From Nemertoderma westbladi (Eukaryota; Animalia; Xenacoelomorpha): a stretch of 34,877 nt of DNA. The notes under the pieces are model-generated. The model searched no databases. It saw nothing but the letters and a program-made list of their open reading frames with translations, and was not told where the DNA came from. The stretch covers positions 1 to 34,877 of the forward strand of contig JAUCBJ010007815.1 of the NCBI GenBank assembly GCA_032718475.1, written 5' to 3'. Shown piece by piece: positions 10,601 to 20,942 of this stretch (positions within the stretch are counted from its first letter, which is position 1; the number at the start of each line of letters is the position of its first letter). Position numbers and translations under genes: made by a program.

Positions 10601-12156
10601 AGGAGAACAGCGGGAAAGACACCGAAAGATCTTATTATGTCAACAAAACTCGGAAAGACGTAAGTAAATCTAAGTCTCGAACCAGTGACAGGAGAGAACA
10701 GGTAACAACAATTCCTCCAACGTCTCCTAAGAGAATGCATGGAAGAAAGCCCGAGGAAAGAACAAGTGTGCACCACACAGCACAGGTTAAAGTAAGTAAC
10801 ATCAAACCCAAATGTGCATTGTGCGATGGGCCCCATCGCTTAAGTGGGTGTGATGAATTCTTGAAGAAATCCCTTAAGGATAGACGTGATGTCATGTGGG
10901 ATAAGCGGTTGTGTTATAATTGCCTCAGGCGAGGACACCAACGGCGGACCGGTTACTCAGATGCTAGGTGTGCTAAGTGCGGCGCGAAACATCATATCTT
11001 GCTGCACACAGAATTTGAAAGAACCCGCACGAGTCATGTAAGTGAGCCCGAACTACATGTCCAATTCAGTGATGTGAACGACACTGACCACAGCTCTGAG
11101 ATGGAAGGATTTTACATGGACGAATTCTCCGACGAAAACGAATCCTGTTATATGATAAACACCGCAGTGTATCGAGCGCTTACGTATGAGACTGACACCG
11201 ATAATGAAGCGCAACAGACTATTCCGGACCGGCAACCATCTTGGAAAGCGCCAACTTCCAACGTCGGAATCCGGGAATTCCCAGTGGTGCAGCTGAGAGT
11301 CCATGGGTTAGGTAAGAGTTTTATAGTAAACGCCCTCCTTGACTCCGGCAGCACAGGAACATTCATCGACAAAGAACTAGCCGAAGACATCTTTGCTGGA
11401 CAACCCAAGTTCCGAACTAAGTTGAACCTTTCAGGAATTATGCAGTTTTGGATATCCACAGTAGCTGCAGACTACTATGTAGGCGCATTGTCCACCCCCC
11501 AGGATGAACTAGGAGAACATAGCATAAGGTCAGTAAAATTGGTGGCGATAAAGAACTTTGCTACCAGCCAAGTGGAACCTTATAACTGGGATGAAGATCA
11601 TTTTACCCAGCAGCATGATATCCCTAGATTCAACACCGACTACCCAGGGGTACAAATATTGATCGGCCAAAATGCGCATGAGGCGCTAGAGACATTAGAA
11701 AAACGGCCTGCTCGACCGCAACCATTACAAACATATGCTGGAAGAACGAGAGTAGATTGGTACTTCACTGGACCTTCCCGTAGAACACTGATGGAAAGGC
11801 TCCCTCGAGAAAGGGTACATCAGGTGAGCGAATGGGAAGAAGAAATCAGTGAGGGAGAAACCACAACTGAGGGAACACCATACTCCTCAGATAACGACGA
11901 TATTAACCAGCCATACGATGAGGAAAATACAATTGATCTCCTCGCCGAAAGCCGGACTTGGTGTTTCCATCATCACTATTCCAGGACGAAGAAGAAACCT
12001 GGAATTGTATTCGAAACACAACAACTCAATCGCCCAGTTGGTCGTTTATGTTTACTGGAAAGAGACCGAGAACTGTCCAGAGACTGTGGAAGGCAAGATA
12101 CTCTTCCCACGACCACCTCCCTAATCCAACAAACATCTAGGGACTCCCCAACGTAA
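7654..12156 (+). pseudogene. gag-pro: Disrupted BEL/Pao gag-protease polyprotein of element A with Pol C-terminal tail
   Basis: ATG at 7654 (MADTKQTLSDSLLE, matching MSDTKQNLSDSLLD in B). DUF1759-like Gag (KFNGDEMKWLPF..LSNGEKLRFLIECLEG), triple zinc knuckle (CALCDGPH / CYNCLRRGH / CAKCGAKHHILLH), aspartic protease ALLDSGS, tail RPVGRLCLLE. Lesions relative to B: ~60-bp deletion near 7780, stops at 8504-8506, 9604-9606 and 10120-10122, frameshift near 8755. Confidence 0.9.
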
Positions 12157-12482
12157 CAGCGTCTGGAGTGGGTGTGTGTGACTATATTATTTTATATTTG
12201 TTTTTATTATTTTTATATCTATGTATGTATTATTACGTAATTTTATTATAATCGTTTTCTTTAATTTTATTTAGTAGAATGTTATTTTAGCGATTATTTA
12301 GTAGATTAGATTTAGTAGTTCAGATCCTCGTGTCTCGGCTAAACCAAGCTCTGGGTAGACCTTGGAAACGACTTGCCTCTTCAAACTGACATTGCTTCTT
12401 GCAATATTGCTCTCATACCGTATATTAAATAATACCTATAGTAGCGTGATGTCCCTTTAACAGTAGCGTAAAACGCAAAATA

Positions 12483-12972
12483 AATCTGTTAAACCCTTTG
12501 ACCATCTGCAATTCTAGTCGATTAAGATATCGCGGCACCCACCGATATACTTGAAAGACAAAATTCTAGAATCAGTGGTTAACGTCCCCAGACAAGTTCT
12601 GGAATAAATCGGTGCCCATCTTAAATATTAACTATTTAATATTTACAAATTCTATTAAAACAAATGCTATAATAGAATAAATGCAGACAAATAAACTCTA
12701 AGGAGTTTGAACACCCAGAAAATCTAGAAATCCAAAATCTGTTAAAATTCAGATCCTTTAAAAATTCTAGTCGATTAGGATATCGTAGCACTTACCGATA
12801 CTCTTAAAAGGACAAATTTCCTAGAATTAAGGATCCTAGTCCCCAGACATGCTCTGGAATAAAATTGTGTCTATTTTAATATTAAATAATAAAATTTACG
12901 GGAATAAATTTTAAATTCATATCCTCTCATGAATTTGATAAATTGTCATTTTTATACAATTTATAACATTCC
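12483..12972 (+). other. Structured spacer of element A: two ~140-nt stem-loop units plus a three-way-junction-like unit
   Basis: Nested inverted repeats, with compensatory changes between the units and between elements A and B (see findings). Confidence 0.6.
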
Positions 12973-13186
12973 CCAAAATTCCATTAATTAATAGATCATG
13001 GGAGCAGAGATTCATCCTATTAAGTATATTAGCGTGAGAGAATCTCCAATATATAGTCAATAGCCGATAAAATTCATAAAATCATGTATAAAGGGGAATA
13101 TTGACAATTAAAGAATTACTATTAAATAGCATCCCAGATCTGTATGCATGAAAATTATCCTAATTCTACTGCTAGCTTTCCATAAT

Positions 13187-13200
13187 GTCACCATAGCAAC
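13187..13200. promoter_or_regulatory. RFX X-box-like motif
   Basis: GTCACCATAGCAAC fits GTNRCC-N0-3-RGYAAC; identical in element B at 27397-27410. Confidence 0.4.
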
Positions 13201-13673
13201 AACCACGCTAGAATTAGAAGCGAGTTAAAAGAACAATAGAAAGCTTGCCCCATTGAATAGCATACGGAATAAATAGCACACTGCTAGTATCCAGGGATAC
13301 ATAATAATAACGTGGCATTCTGGAAGGCACTTGACTAACGGACAAATGGCCCGAATGTGTACAATTTGTGACAGTTGTGTGGAATTTGTGCGTTTATAGG
13401 TGAATGTTACTACTAAAGTGTGTTTACAGTAGCGAGTCGCAGTTGTGAAAGTAGACCTACCTCTGCAGTAAGAACCTGAAGTAAATCTAAGCCCTTGGGA
13501 CGGACAGTGGAGTGACTTGCGCTGGTTGTTGTTGTCATTGTGTAGCTACTACGTTGGCGATAGTACATCAGCGCTGAGGAGCTTGCGCGTCCGGGGGCAT
13601 TGAGGGGGAGGCAGCAACGACCGCTAGCCTAAATTATAATTAATTATAATATAGATAAACTCATATAGCAGCT

Positions 13674-15089
13674 ATGACTGAGTTGATAGAAGATGATCTT
13701 GGTATCAGGGAGCGATATACCCTACCATGGCAAGCGTTTGTTGATAGTTTAATACGCGGCGACACTAGTCACCCACTACGGAGGACGATGGCCGTTATAT
13801 CGAAACGCCAATGTTAAAGGAACAGCTCACGCTTGAACTGGACTATAGAAAATTCACCGCTCACTATACGCATCGTAATGGTACGCATATGGACTTCTTA
13901 ACTACTGGTCATCCTATCGATTTACACGATACGCACGATGTAGACACCGAAAGGGAAATGGTTCTATTTAAATATCATACCCAGTGGAGTCGGAACGATA
14001 AACTGAGAATCGAACACGAAAATTCTATTCGAAACCAACTCGAAAGAGAAGACGTTGAAGAGCCGGATAAACGCAGTGACTTCAACGAATATCTGGAATT
14101 CTTGAGAGAAACATATCTCAATATTGCCAGTCAACAAAATCTAGATACTCGATATCCTCAAGCTATACATCATGACCCTATGATAGAACTCAAACGGCTC
14201 TATTTCACTATGATGTACCTTACTGCCAATCGGGCCTCCTCACTCCCTAGTAAGACCTCAGACTCTTGATCCTAATAGTATGACGGATCCTCCCGAGCTT
14301 ACTCACTGTTCAAAGATCTAGTGTTACCCGAACAATTAGTCGGTGGCACTCCGGTTGTGGGCTCCCGAGATATTCGCCCATCCTACCTAGCCGGATTGGG
14401 ACGCGGATATTTAATATCGCCGTTCAACCCGTATAATCGTCCCGGTTTAACCCCCGATACAACCCGTCACCGAGGTGGAGGAGAGCGTTGTACGAAACGC
14501 GTTAGACACTATTCGACAAAGATCGGAAAAGGAACCTACGATTGTTTAGAGAACGTAAATTGCAGCAGCAAGTCCAAGCGGTAAACAAATTAGCTTTATC
14601 TCAGTTTGATCGGGAAATCCAGAATCTCTAAGAAGATATCGAACTTGGATGACCCTACTCTCTGCAAGAGTTTTGGACGCATGCTTCCAACGACAAGCGG
14701 AGGAAAATCAGCTCGAGGAGAAGTATATCGATTCCGATAGAGCCCGAGAATGCGAGTTGGAAAGAACCATCAAACCGAGGAAATTTCTCACTACACACGG
14801 TCTACCTACTGCTCTCGTGCAAACAACCCGTCCGGGACCAGTAAGAGCTGCTGTCTTAAAACGCGCTCTCAAGGTTGTTCAACCTCGTTCCACTGAGGTT
14901 GATACCGATCAACCGGGTACCTCGACCGGCGGATACACCGACCGTAACCCTAAACCTTCTGATGCAATTGTATTGCACCCTTCACCTAGGAGTTATAGCC
15001 CTCCTAGTAAAGTGGCTCGCCCCAAAGAGAAAAGGACTCTTGCTAGCCTCAAAAAACTGCGTAAACGCCGTTCACGTAAGAAGGACTAA
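13674..15089 (+). pseudogene. Decayed ORF2 of element A, unknown function, in the env-like position
   Basis: ATG at 13674 (MTELIEDDLGIRERYTL). Pieces 13811-14269, 14321-14584 and 14649-15089 end in the basic tail KKLRKRRSRKKD. A homologous, differently broken copy is in B. Confidence 0.6.
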
Positions 15090-15159
15090 CTGTTTAGAGT
15101 ATTTTTATATTTTAGAAACTGTGATTTTTTATATTTTATAGAATTAAATCCCATTTTCT

Positions 15160-15167
15160 GGGAGCGG
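15160..15167 (+). other. Short polypurine-tract-like sequence, element A
   Basis: GGGAGCGG abuts the TGT of the 3' LTR; identical in B (29302-29309) although the adjacent LTR sequence differs. Confidence 0.7.
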
Positions 15168-16391
15168 TGTAAAAGCTTTTGCGGATATAACAAGTCATTT
15201 TTCTCCGCAATATACCGTGTAGGTGTTTTAGCGGACATAACAAGCCATTTTCTCCGCAATGTACCGTGTAGGTGCTTTAGCGGACATAACAAGCCATTTT
15301 CTGCCGCAATGCGCTTAATACTCTAAAAGACTGGAACTCAGATGACGAAATCTGTCAGCTGATTTACTGTAAATGTGGAACCTCTCTTTGTTCAGCTCGC
15401 TCAGCCAATCAGAGCGATTTTCATTTTATGTTGGACAAGGGCCTATGTAAAACCGTGCAATGCATTACGGTCTTTGTTTACCTTTCTGAGCGAGAGAACT
15501 GCTTGGAAATTCTTCTGTACTTCTGTGTGGAAGTTTCAGACTTTGACCTAAACATCAGAAACATCAGATGGCTTTGATTACAAGAACGTAGCATTAACGC
15601 AACACATTAACGTTAATTACATTAACATAAACATTAATTAGCACATTAACGCAACGCAGCACACCGCATCACACCGCAAGTCAACATTGCTGCACATGGA
15701 ACACTGCATAAGCAACACATACTGACTGTTCACCGCATTATTTGCTTCTGTTATTAATTGGTGTTATGTTAATGTATATTGCTGATATATTTGGAGAATA
15801 CCGATGAATAATCATAAAACCCCACAATCTTCTTGATTACTGAAGGTTAGAGGAACAGGTTTACCGGTAGCAACTGCGACTTTCATTATAGTGGTTTTTT
15901 TGTGTGAATTAAATGCTATTTCATAATCCCTACATGTGTCAGTTGCGATCCTCCTTATATATGATCAAATTCAGTGACGGTCGGCAGATCATTGTGAAGT
16001 AGTGTGAAGCCGTGTGAAGTAGTGTGAAGGTTAATAAAGCATCTCCTAAAGAATGCGCTTTTTACGAAACTCAGTAGCCATCCAGTTGTGATTAGTATAA
16101 GTCATAACTCTGTTTTATACTTAAAGCGCCACGTCCTAAAGGAACTGTTAATATTTCCCCGAAAGTAAATATATTGTCAGAGATTATATATTAACGATCA
16201 ATCGAATAATACAGTAGGTCTACACTGCAATCACTATCAAAGCATCCGAATCCAGTCTCCCTTAACTGTGGGTGAATGGTCGCGCACAGGCTGGCTTCGG
16301 CTGATGTAACTTCAGTAGATTAAATAATTGATATACAAAAAGACAATTAAAATTGGCAGGTTAAACTGCTAAAGGTCTAAAAGCGCGAACA
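15168..16391 (+). repeat. 3' LTR of element A (1224 bp)
   Basis: Matches 4626-5757. Has one extra ~49-bp U3 repeat unit and a 54-bp CATTAAC-rich patch (15591-15644). Confidence 0.95.
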
Positions 16392-16480
16392 GCGGCCGTG
16401 CGTAATAATATTTCTTAAAGTTGTACATTATATGGCAAGCTAAAGTTATTGACCAAGCCAGTGCCTAGGCTAGCACACAA

Positions 16481-17340
16481 GGAAGTAGTATTTTGTGCTT
16501 TACAGTTTTTAGTCTTACACTAGTAGGTTTAATTATAAAGGGCATATATCCTTTAACTGACATACCGGTACTGACATACCGATCAAACTCATGGAATCAC
16601 TGCTGACTGATGATACATGCTGACTGCTGAAACATTGCAAACTCATAACAATCAGTGTTTTCATTGTTGTTTTATACTGCTATTTACCGTCAGTTCTTCA
16701 TAATATGGTTGACGAATAATTATATTTGGAATAACGATAAATAACCCCGAAACCCAATATTCTTGATATACCGAAGGTAAGAGAGAAGGGTTACAGATAA
16801 ACGATTGTGACTTATGTTAAAGTGGTTTGAAGTGAATCTAATGTTATTTGATAGACCCTACATGAGTCAGTCTGTGTTCCTTTTATATGTGACTAAAATC
16901 AGTGAAGATTGGCAGATTAGTGTGCAGTATTGTGCAGCATTGTGTATGAGTGAGTCTGTTAAAGAAGCAATTCCTAAAGAATGCGCCATATATGTGAATT
17001 ATAATTAAGCCATATCGTTGTGAGTAGTTTAAGTCATAACTCTGTTTATATAGATAAAGCGCCACGTCCTAAAGGAACTGTTAATATTCCCGAAGGTGAA
17101 TAATATTGTCAGAGATTATATAATACTGTCAGTCGAATAATACATTAGGCTTACATAGCAATAAAATTAAACCGTCGAACCCAATCTCCCGGGAATATCC
17201 AGCGGGTGAATGGTCGCGCACGGATTGGTTTCGACTAGTGTAGTGAATCAAATACTTGTCATAGACTAAAAACTGATTTAATATCTAGAAGACATCTTAA
17301 TTTGGTGGGTTAAACTGCCAAAAGTCTGAAAGCGCGAACA
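16481..17340 (+). repeat. 5' LTR of element B, lacking the first ~405 bp
   Basis: Nearly identical to the 3' LTR (about 2 substitutions seen); ends GCGCGAACA. Confidence 0.93.
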
Positions 17341-17352
17341 TTAAAGGATATA
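17341..17352 (+). other. PBS-position sequence of element B, complementary to its own LTR (16545-16556); no tRNA PBS
   Basis: TTAAAGGATATA is the exact reverse complement of TATATCCTTTAA at 16545-16556 (also at 29776-29787). Confidence 0.75.
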
Positions 17353-17663
17353 GCTTCTTTATTGCAGTAAGCAATAAAGTTGAAAGTACCGGTCAACCGG
17401 TACATCTGTAGGTCAGTAGGCCCAACTGCCAGAACCGGTACCAGTAGGCCTGACTACCTAACCACCCGGACCGGTACCTACAGCAGTACAGGTACAGCAG
17501 TATTATTCGATTTTGATTATTATATACCAGTAGGCCTTAATAATTAATCAGGGACTGCAGCCCTGGTTTTTTATTGAGATTTTTACTTATTTCTGTCAAG
17601 TTTTATTTGTTTGTAGGCCAGTATTGAACAGAAGGCGTGTAAACCTGATCAGATTGTACAGAC

Positions 17664-18230
17664 AATTTGTAGGCTGAGCTGTTGTCTGATTGCTGTTAAG
17701 TCTGAACGGATTACAGTGTGTGTAGAGCACTTGTCCGATTAAGTACGGTTAGGAAGTAGGGGCAGCCAATGCGGTAAGGTAAACCCCCAACTAAAGAATA
17801 AGTCGCACTACTGGGTTAGAGCGCATACTCCCTAATCATTTCGGAGTCTGCATGTCCTGTGGTTTATTTAGGCTTGAGAGTAGTCTGCCATCGTTTAGTC
17901 TGTACTTTGTTTGTGTAAGTCTGTACGGGTAGCGTATAATTTTATTTAAATAATTTGTAGGCTGGATAGTTGTCTGGCTGTTGTTAAGTCTGAACGGATT
18001 GCCGCGTGTGTAGATCATCTGTCCGATTAAGTACGATTAGGCAGTAGGGGCAGCGAACGCTGTAAGGTAAACCCCCAACTAAAGAATAAGTCGCACTACT
18101 GGGTTAGAGCGCATACTCCCTAATCATTTCGGAGTCTGCATATACCGTAGTTTGTTTAGGCTTGATAGTAGTCTGTCAGTGTTCGGTCTGTATTTTGTTT
18201 GAGTAGTTTGTACGCGTAGCGTAATATTTA
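17664..18230. repeat. ~288-bp tandem duplication in the leader of element B
   Basis: AATTTGTAGGCTG...GTAGCGTA occurs from 17664 and again from 17952; single copy in A (~6035-6325). Confidence 0.88.
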
Positions 18231-20734
18231 TTATTCAGAGTTTATGCGATTATTCGCAACATTCAAGTCCCCAAGTTTGTTCCTACAGTAATTGTGTTTG
18301 TTATACATACCGCTATAGTTAAATTAACCTCGGTACTACACGGGCTGCTTGGCGTAGGTAAAGACTGGTGATTTTGTGCATCGGTCACTCCAGCAGATGC
18401 CGTGGTTCTTTTAGCTGTTCAAGTATATTTAATTACTGATTATCTGTTGTACAAGTACTCGTACCTAATTTAGGGTTTAGTGTACAGTGCTTTCCGAGAA
18501 TAATTAGTGTAGGCATTATATTTGTGTTGTAAAGTGGTTGATAGGCACATTCGATTAGCTCTATTAACTTCTAGGTAGGAACACTCCGTGATACATAACG
18601 TAGAACCTATAGCGATACGGCTATAGGTCGTCAGGCGGTGGTATTTTCCTATCTAGACAACGCAGTGTATTTACTACTACTTATTATTTCAAATACCGTA
18701 GTACCCTGTCCGTTGTAATAATCAGTTTTCTAACCCTTTGTTAGGCTGGTTTGTAGACTTCTTGTAAAATTACCCTAAAAATTCGTATTTTGTGTTTTTT
18801 GTAAATTTTTGCATTTATTTAGAGATTGTAATCTCACCCGAATTGTACGTAATTTGTAGTATTAAGTAACTTAGGTAAATTAGAATTATTTGTTTTAGTG
18901 TCCTATACGTAACACTTCACTGAAAGCGCACCGCTTTGTGTAGTGATTACTCCCCAGAAATAATAACATTTATTTCAACATTGACAAAACCCATTAAAAC
19001 GGGTATATATATATTATAAATCAAATCTAACGATTTATAAATAGTAGGCCTACCATACAACCATTAGGTCTCAATATCAGTTGGATTACTGCTTAAATAA
19101 CGGTAATAAAGTAAGTTAAAGTAACCAAGTAACCCTAAAGTTCAGAAATTCAATTATTCCAAAATAATTGATATACCGGTATTTACGATAGGCCTATTAT
19201 CTTATTTCTATAAATCTAGGCTGAAATTATACCGGTACTTGTAATTAATTCTATTCCAGAATTATATATACTACAAACTGTAAGCTGTATACCGGTATTC
19301 CGATAGGCCTATTATATATTTATATATATTTGTGCTAAAATTATACCGGTATTCTGTGATAAACCTAGTCTGTAATAATACTTATATAGTTATATATACT
19401 ATAAGTATACCGGTATTCTAATATATTATATATATATTACGCTACACTGAGTAGCAGTAACGGTAATTAATTACTAGGCTAGCAGTTCATACTGAGTTAC
19501 TAGACTTGCTTAGACTGTAATATAGCAGTAGGCATTCAACTGTACATACCTAGTCATGTCTGATACTAAGCAGAACCTGTCAGACAGTTTATTAGATGTA
19601 ACTATCTGCAACTCAGATCGCGACGTACAACCGTCTGGTCGTAAATCCAGTTCACCTCCCACTGTGAGGAAGGTCATCCCTCCAGTAGTAATAACAGAAC
19701 CTAGGCTGGTCCAACATCGTAGGTCTATCATAGGCACTCGAGCTCAGGTCAAGCGGGACCAAAAGGCAGCGGAACAGCAACAACCCACTAGTCAAGAACT
19801 TATTCCTCAGCGGCCCAGCAGCTCCAGTAGTGAGGATACTGTAGAGCTGACACCCGAGAGCGGAGCAGAGATGACGGATGCGGTTTATACGGATCCCCTT
19901 CTCATCCTTCCTGCAGCCGTGCTCGCTGAGTTATTGATCGCGGTAGAAGAACACCAGATCGATTGGGCGAGAAGTCAACGGTCAACTAGAGATAGTCTAC
20001 GCGGGATACACTAGTGAAGAACTGAAGTCTATTGTCGAGTCGCAATGGAACTTCCCCGGACCCGGACTCCCGTTTGATTTATCAGAAGCTGCCTGGGAAG
20101 ACATACACCGGATGGGAGTAGCCAAGGAAACCATCGATCCAGCTGTATGGAAGAGGTCCGCAGCCGGATACGCACAGGGATTCTTCAGCTCTATGGAGCG
20201 AGTAGAGAGACAACTGTTTCAACAATCTCAAGGACCTCAAGAGCAGGGATCGCTGCTTTATCAAGTTAGAGAAAGAGTTCTGCGGATTAGGCTAATCTTA
20301 TCCGCCTTTGAGGAGGCTTCTAAAAGAAGACAAGACACGTCGTTGCAAGTTGCCGTAAAGACTTGGTTTCAAAGAGTGAATCTCCAGGTTCGAGGAACTG
20401 CTCAGTGGAAAGCTCAGCTAGAGGAGCGATCAACCCATGGAGAATCAACAGACGCTACTTTTTCCCAAGTGGAAAGTGAAGCGACGGCAGAGAAACCGCA
20501 TAAGAGGGATGCCATTGACATCTATCTGTCAGACTATCAGCGTTTCGTAGGTGATGAAGAGTTGCGGAGAAGACTAGATGGGCTTAGCCCTAATAGTGAA
20601 GGAGCCCAGCGTGTGTTGGATGCGATTGATGTGGATAGGTTAGCGGCGAACCAAGCTAAATTCGATGAACAACTCCGCATCGCTAGAGAAAAGGAAGAAC
20701 AAGTAAGGAAAAAACGTATAGAAGACAGAAAGAT

Positions 20735-20942
20735 AGCAGCAGTGGCAGAGGCAGAAAGAAAAGCGGCAGCGGCAGAGGCAAAAGCGGCAGCGGCAGCGGC
20801 AAAAGCGGCAGCAGTGGCGGAAGCAGAACGAAAAGCGACAGTGGCGGAAGCAGAACGAAAAGCGGCAGCGTCAGAAGCAAAAGCGGCAGCCGCAGAGGCA
20901 AAAGCGGCAGCAGTGGCGGAAGTAGAACGAAAAGCGGCTGAA
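20735..20942 (+). repeat. Coding tandem repeats specifying an Ala/Glu/Lys-rich helical segment
   Basis: Repeated AAVAEAERK / AAAAEAK units; a shorter version is in A (~8770-8920). Confidence 0.85.

Larger units (their letters stand above)
4626..16391 (+). mobile_element. Element A: non-autonomous BEL/Pao-derived LTR retrotransposon, 11.77 kb
   Basis: Two direct LTRs, TGTAAAAGC...GCGAACA. Flanks GCAGC (4621-4625) and GCGGC (16392-16396) form a 5-bp TSD with one mismatch. Internal BEL-type Gag and protease; purine-rich tract before the 3' LTR. Confidence 0.93.

Noticed and set aside
8575-11459. Numerous minus-strand ORFs over gag-pro (also 20537-21361 and 24173-24532)
   Set aside because: Antisense shadows of the coding strand with no recognisable domains
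11849-12124. Alternative-frame peptide ending ETVEGKILFPRPPP, similar in both elements
   Set aside because: The main frame carries the recognisable BEL Pol tail; the similarity is explained by nucleotide identity
16607-16613. CTGATGA hammerhead core (retrozyme hypothesis)
   Set aside because: No supporting stems with a correctly placed GAAA, and not conserved in the A LTR
16814-17065. Identical 64-aa and 60-aa ORFs here and at 30045-30296
   Set aside because: Identical only because they lie in the twin LTRs of B; no counterpart ORF is listed for the homologous A LTR
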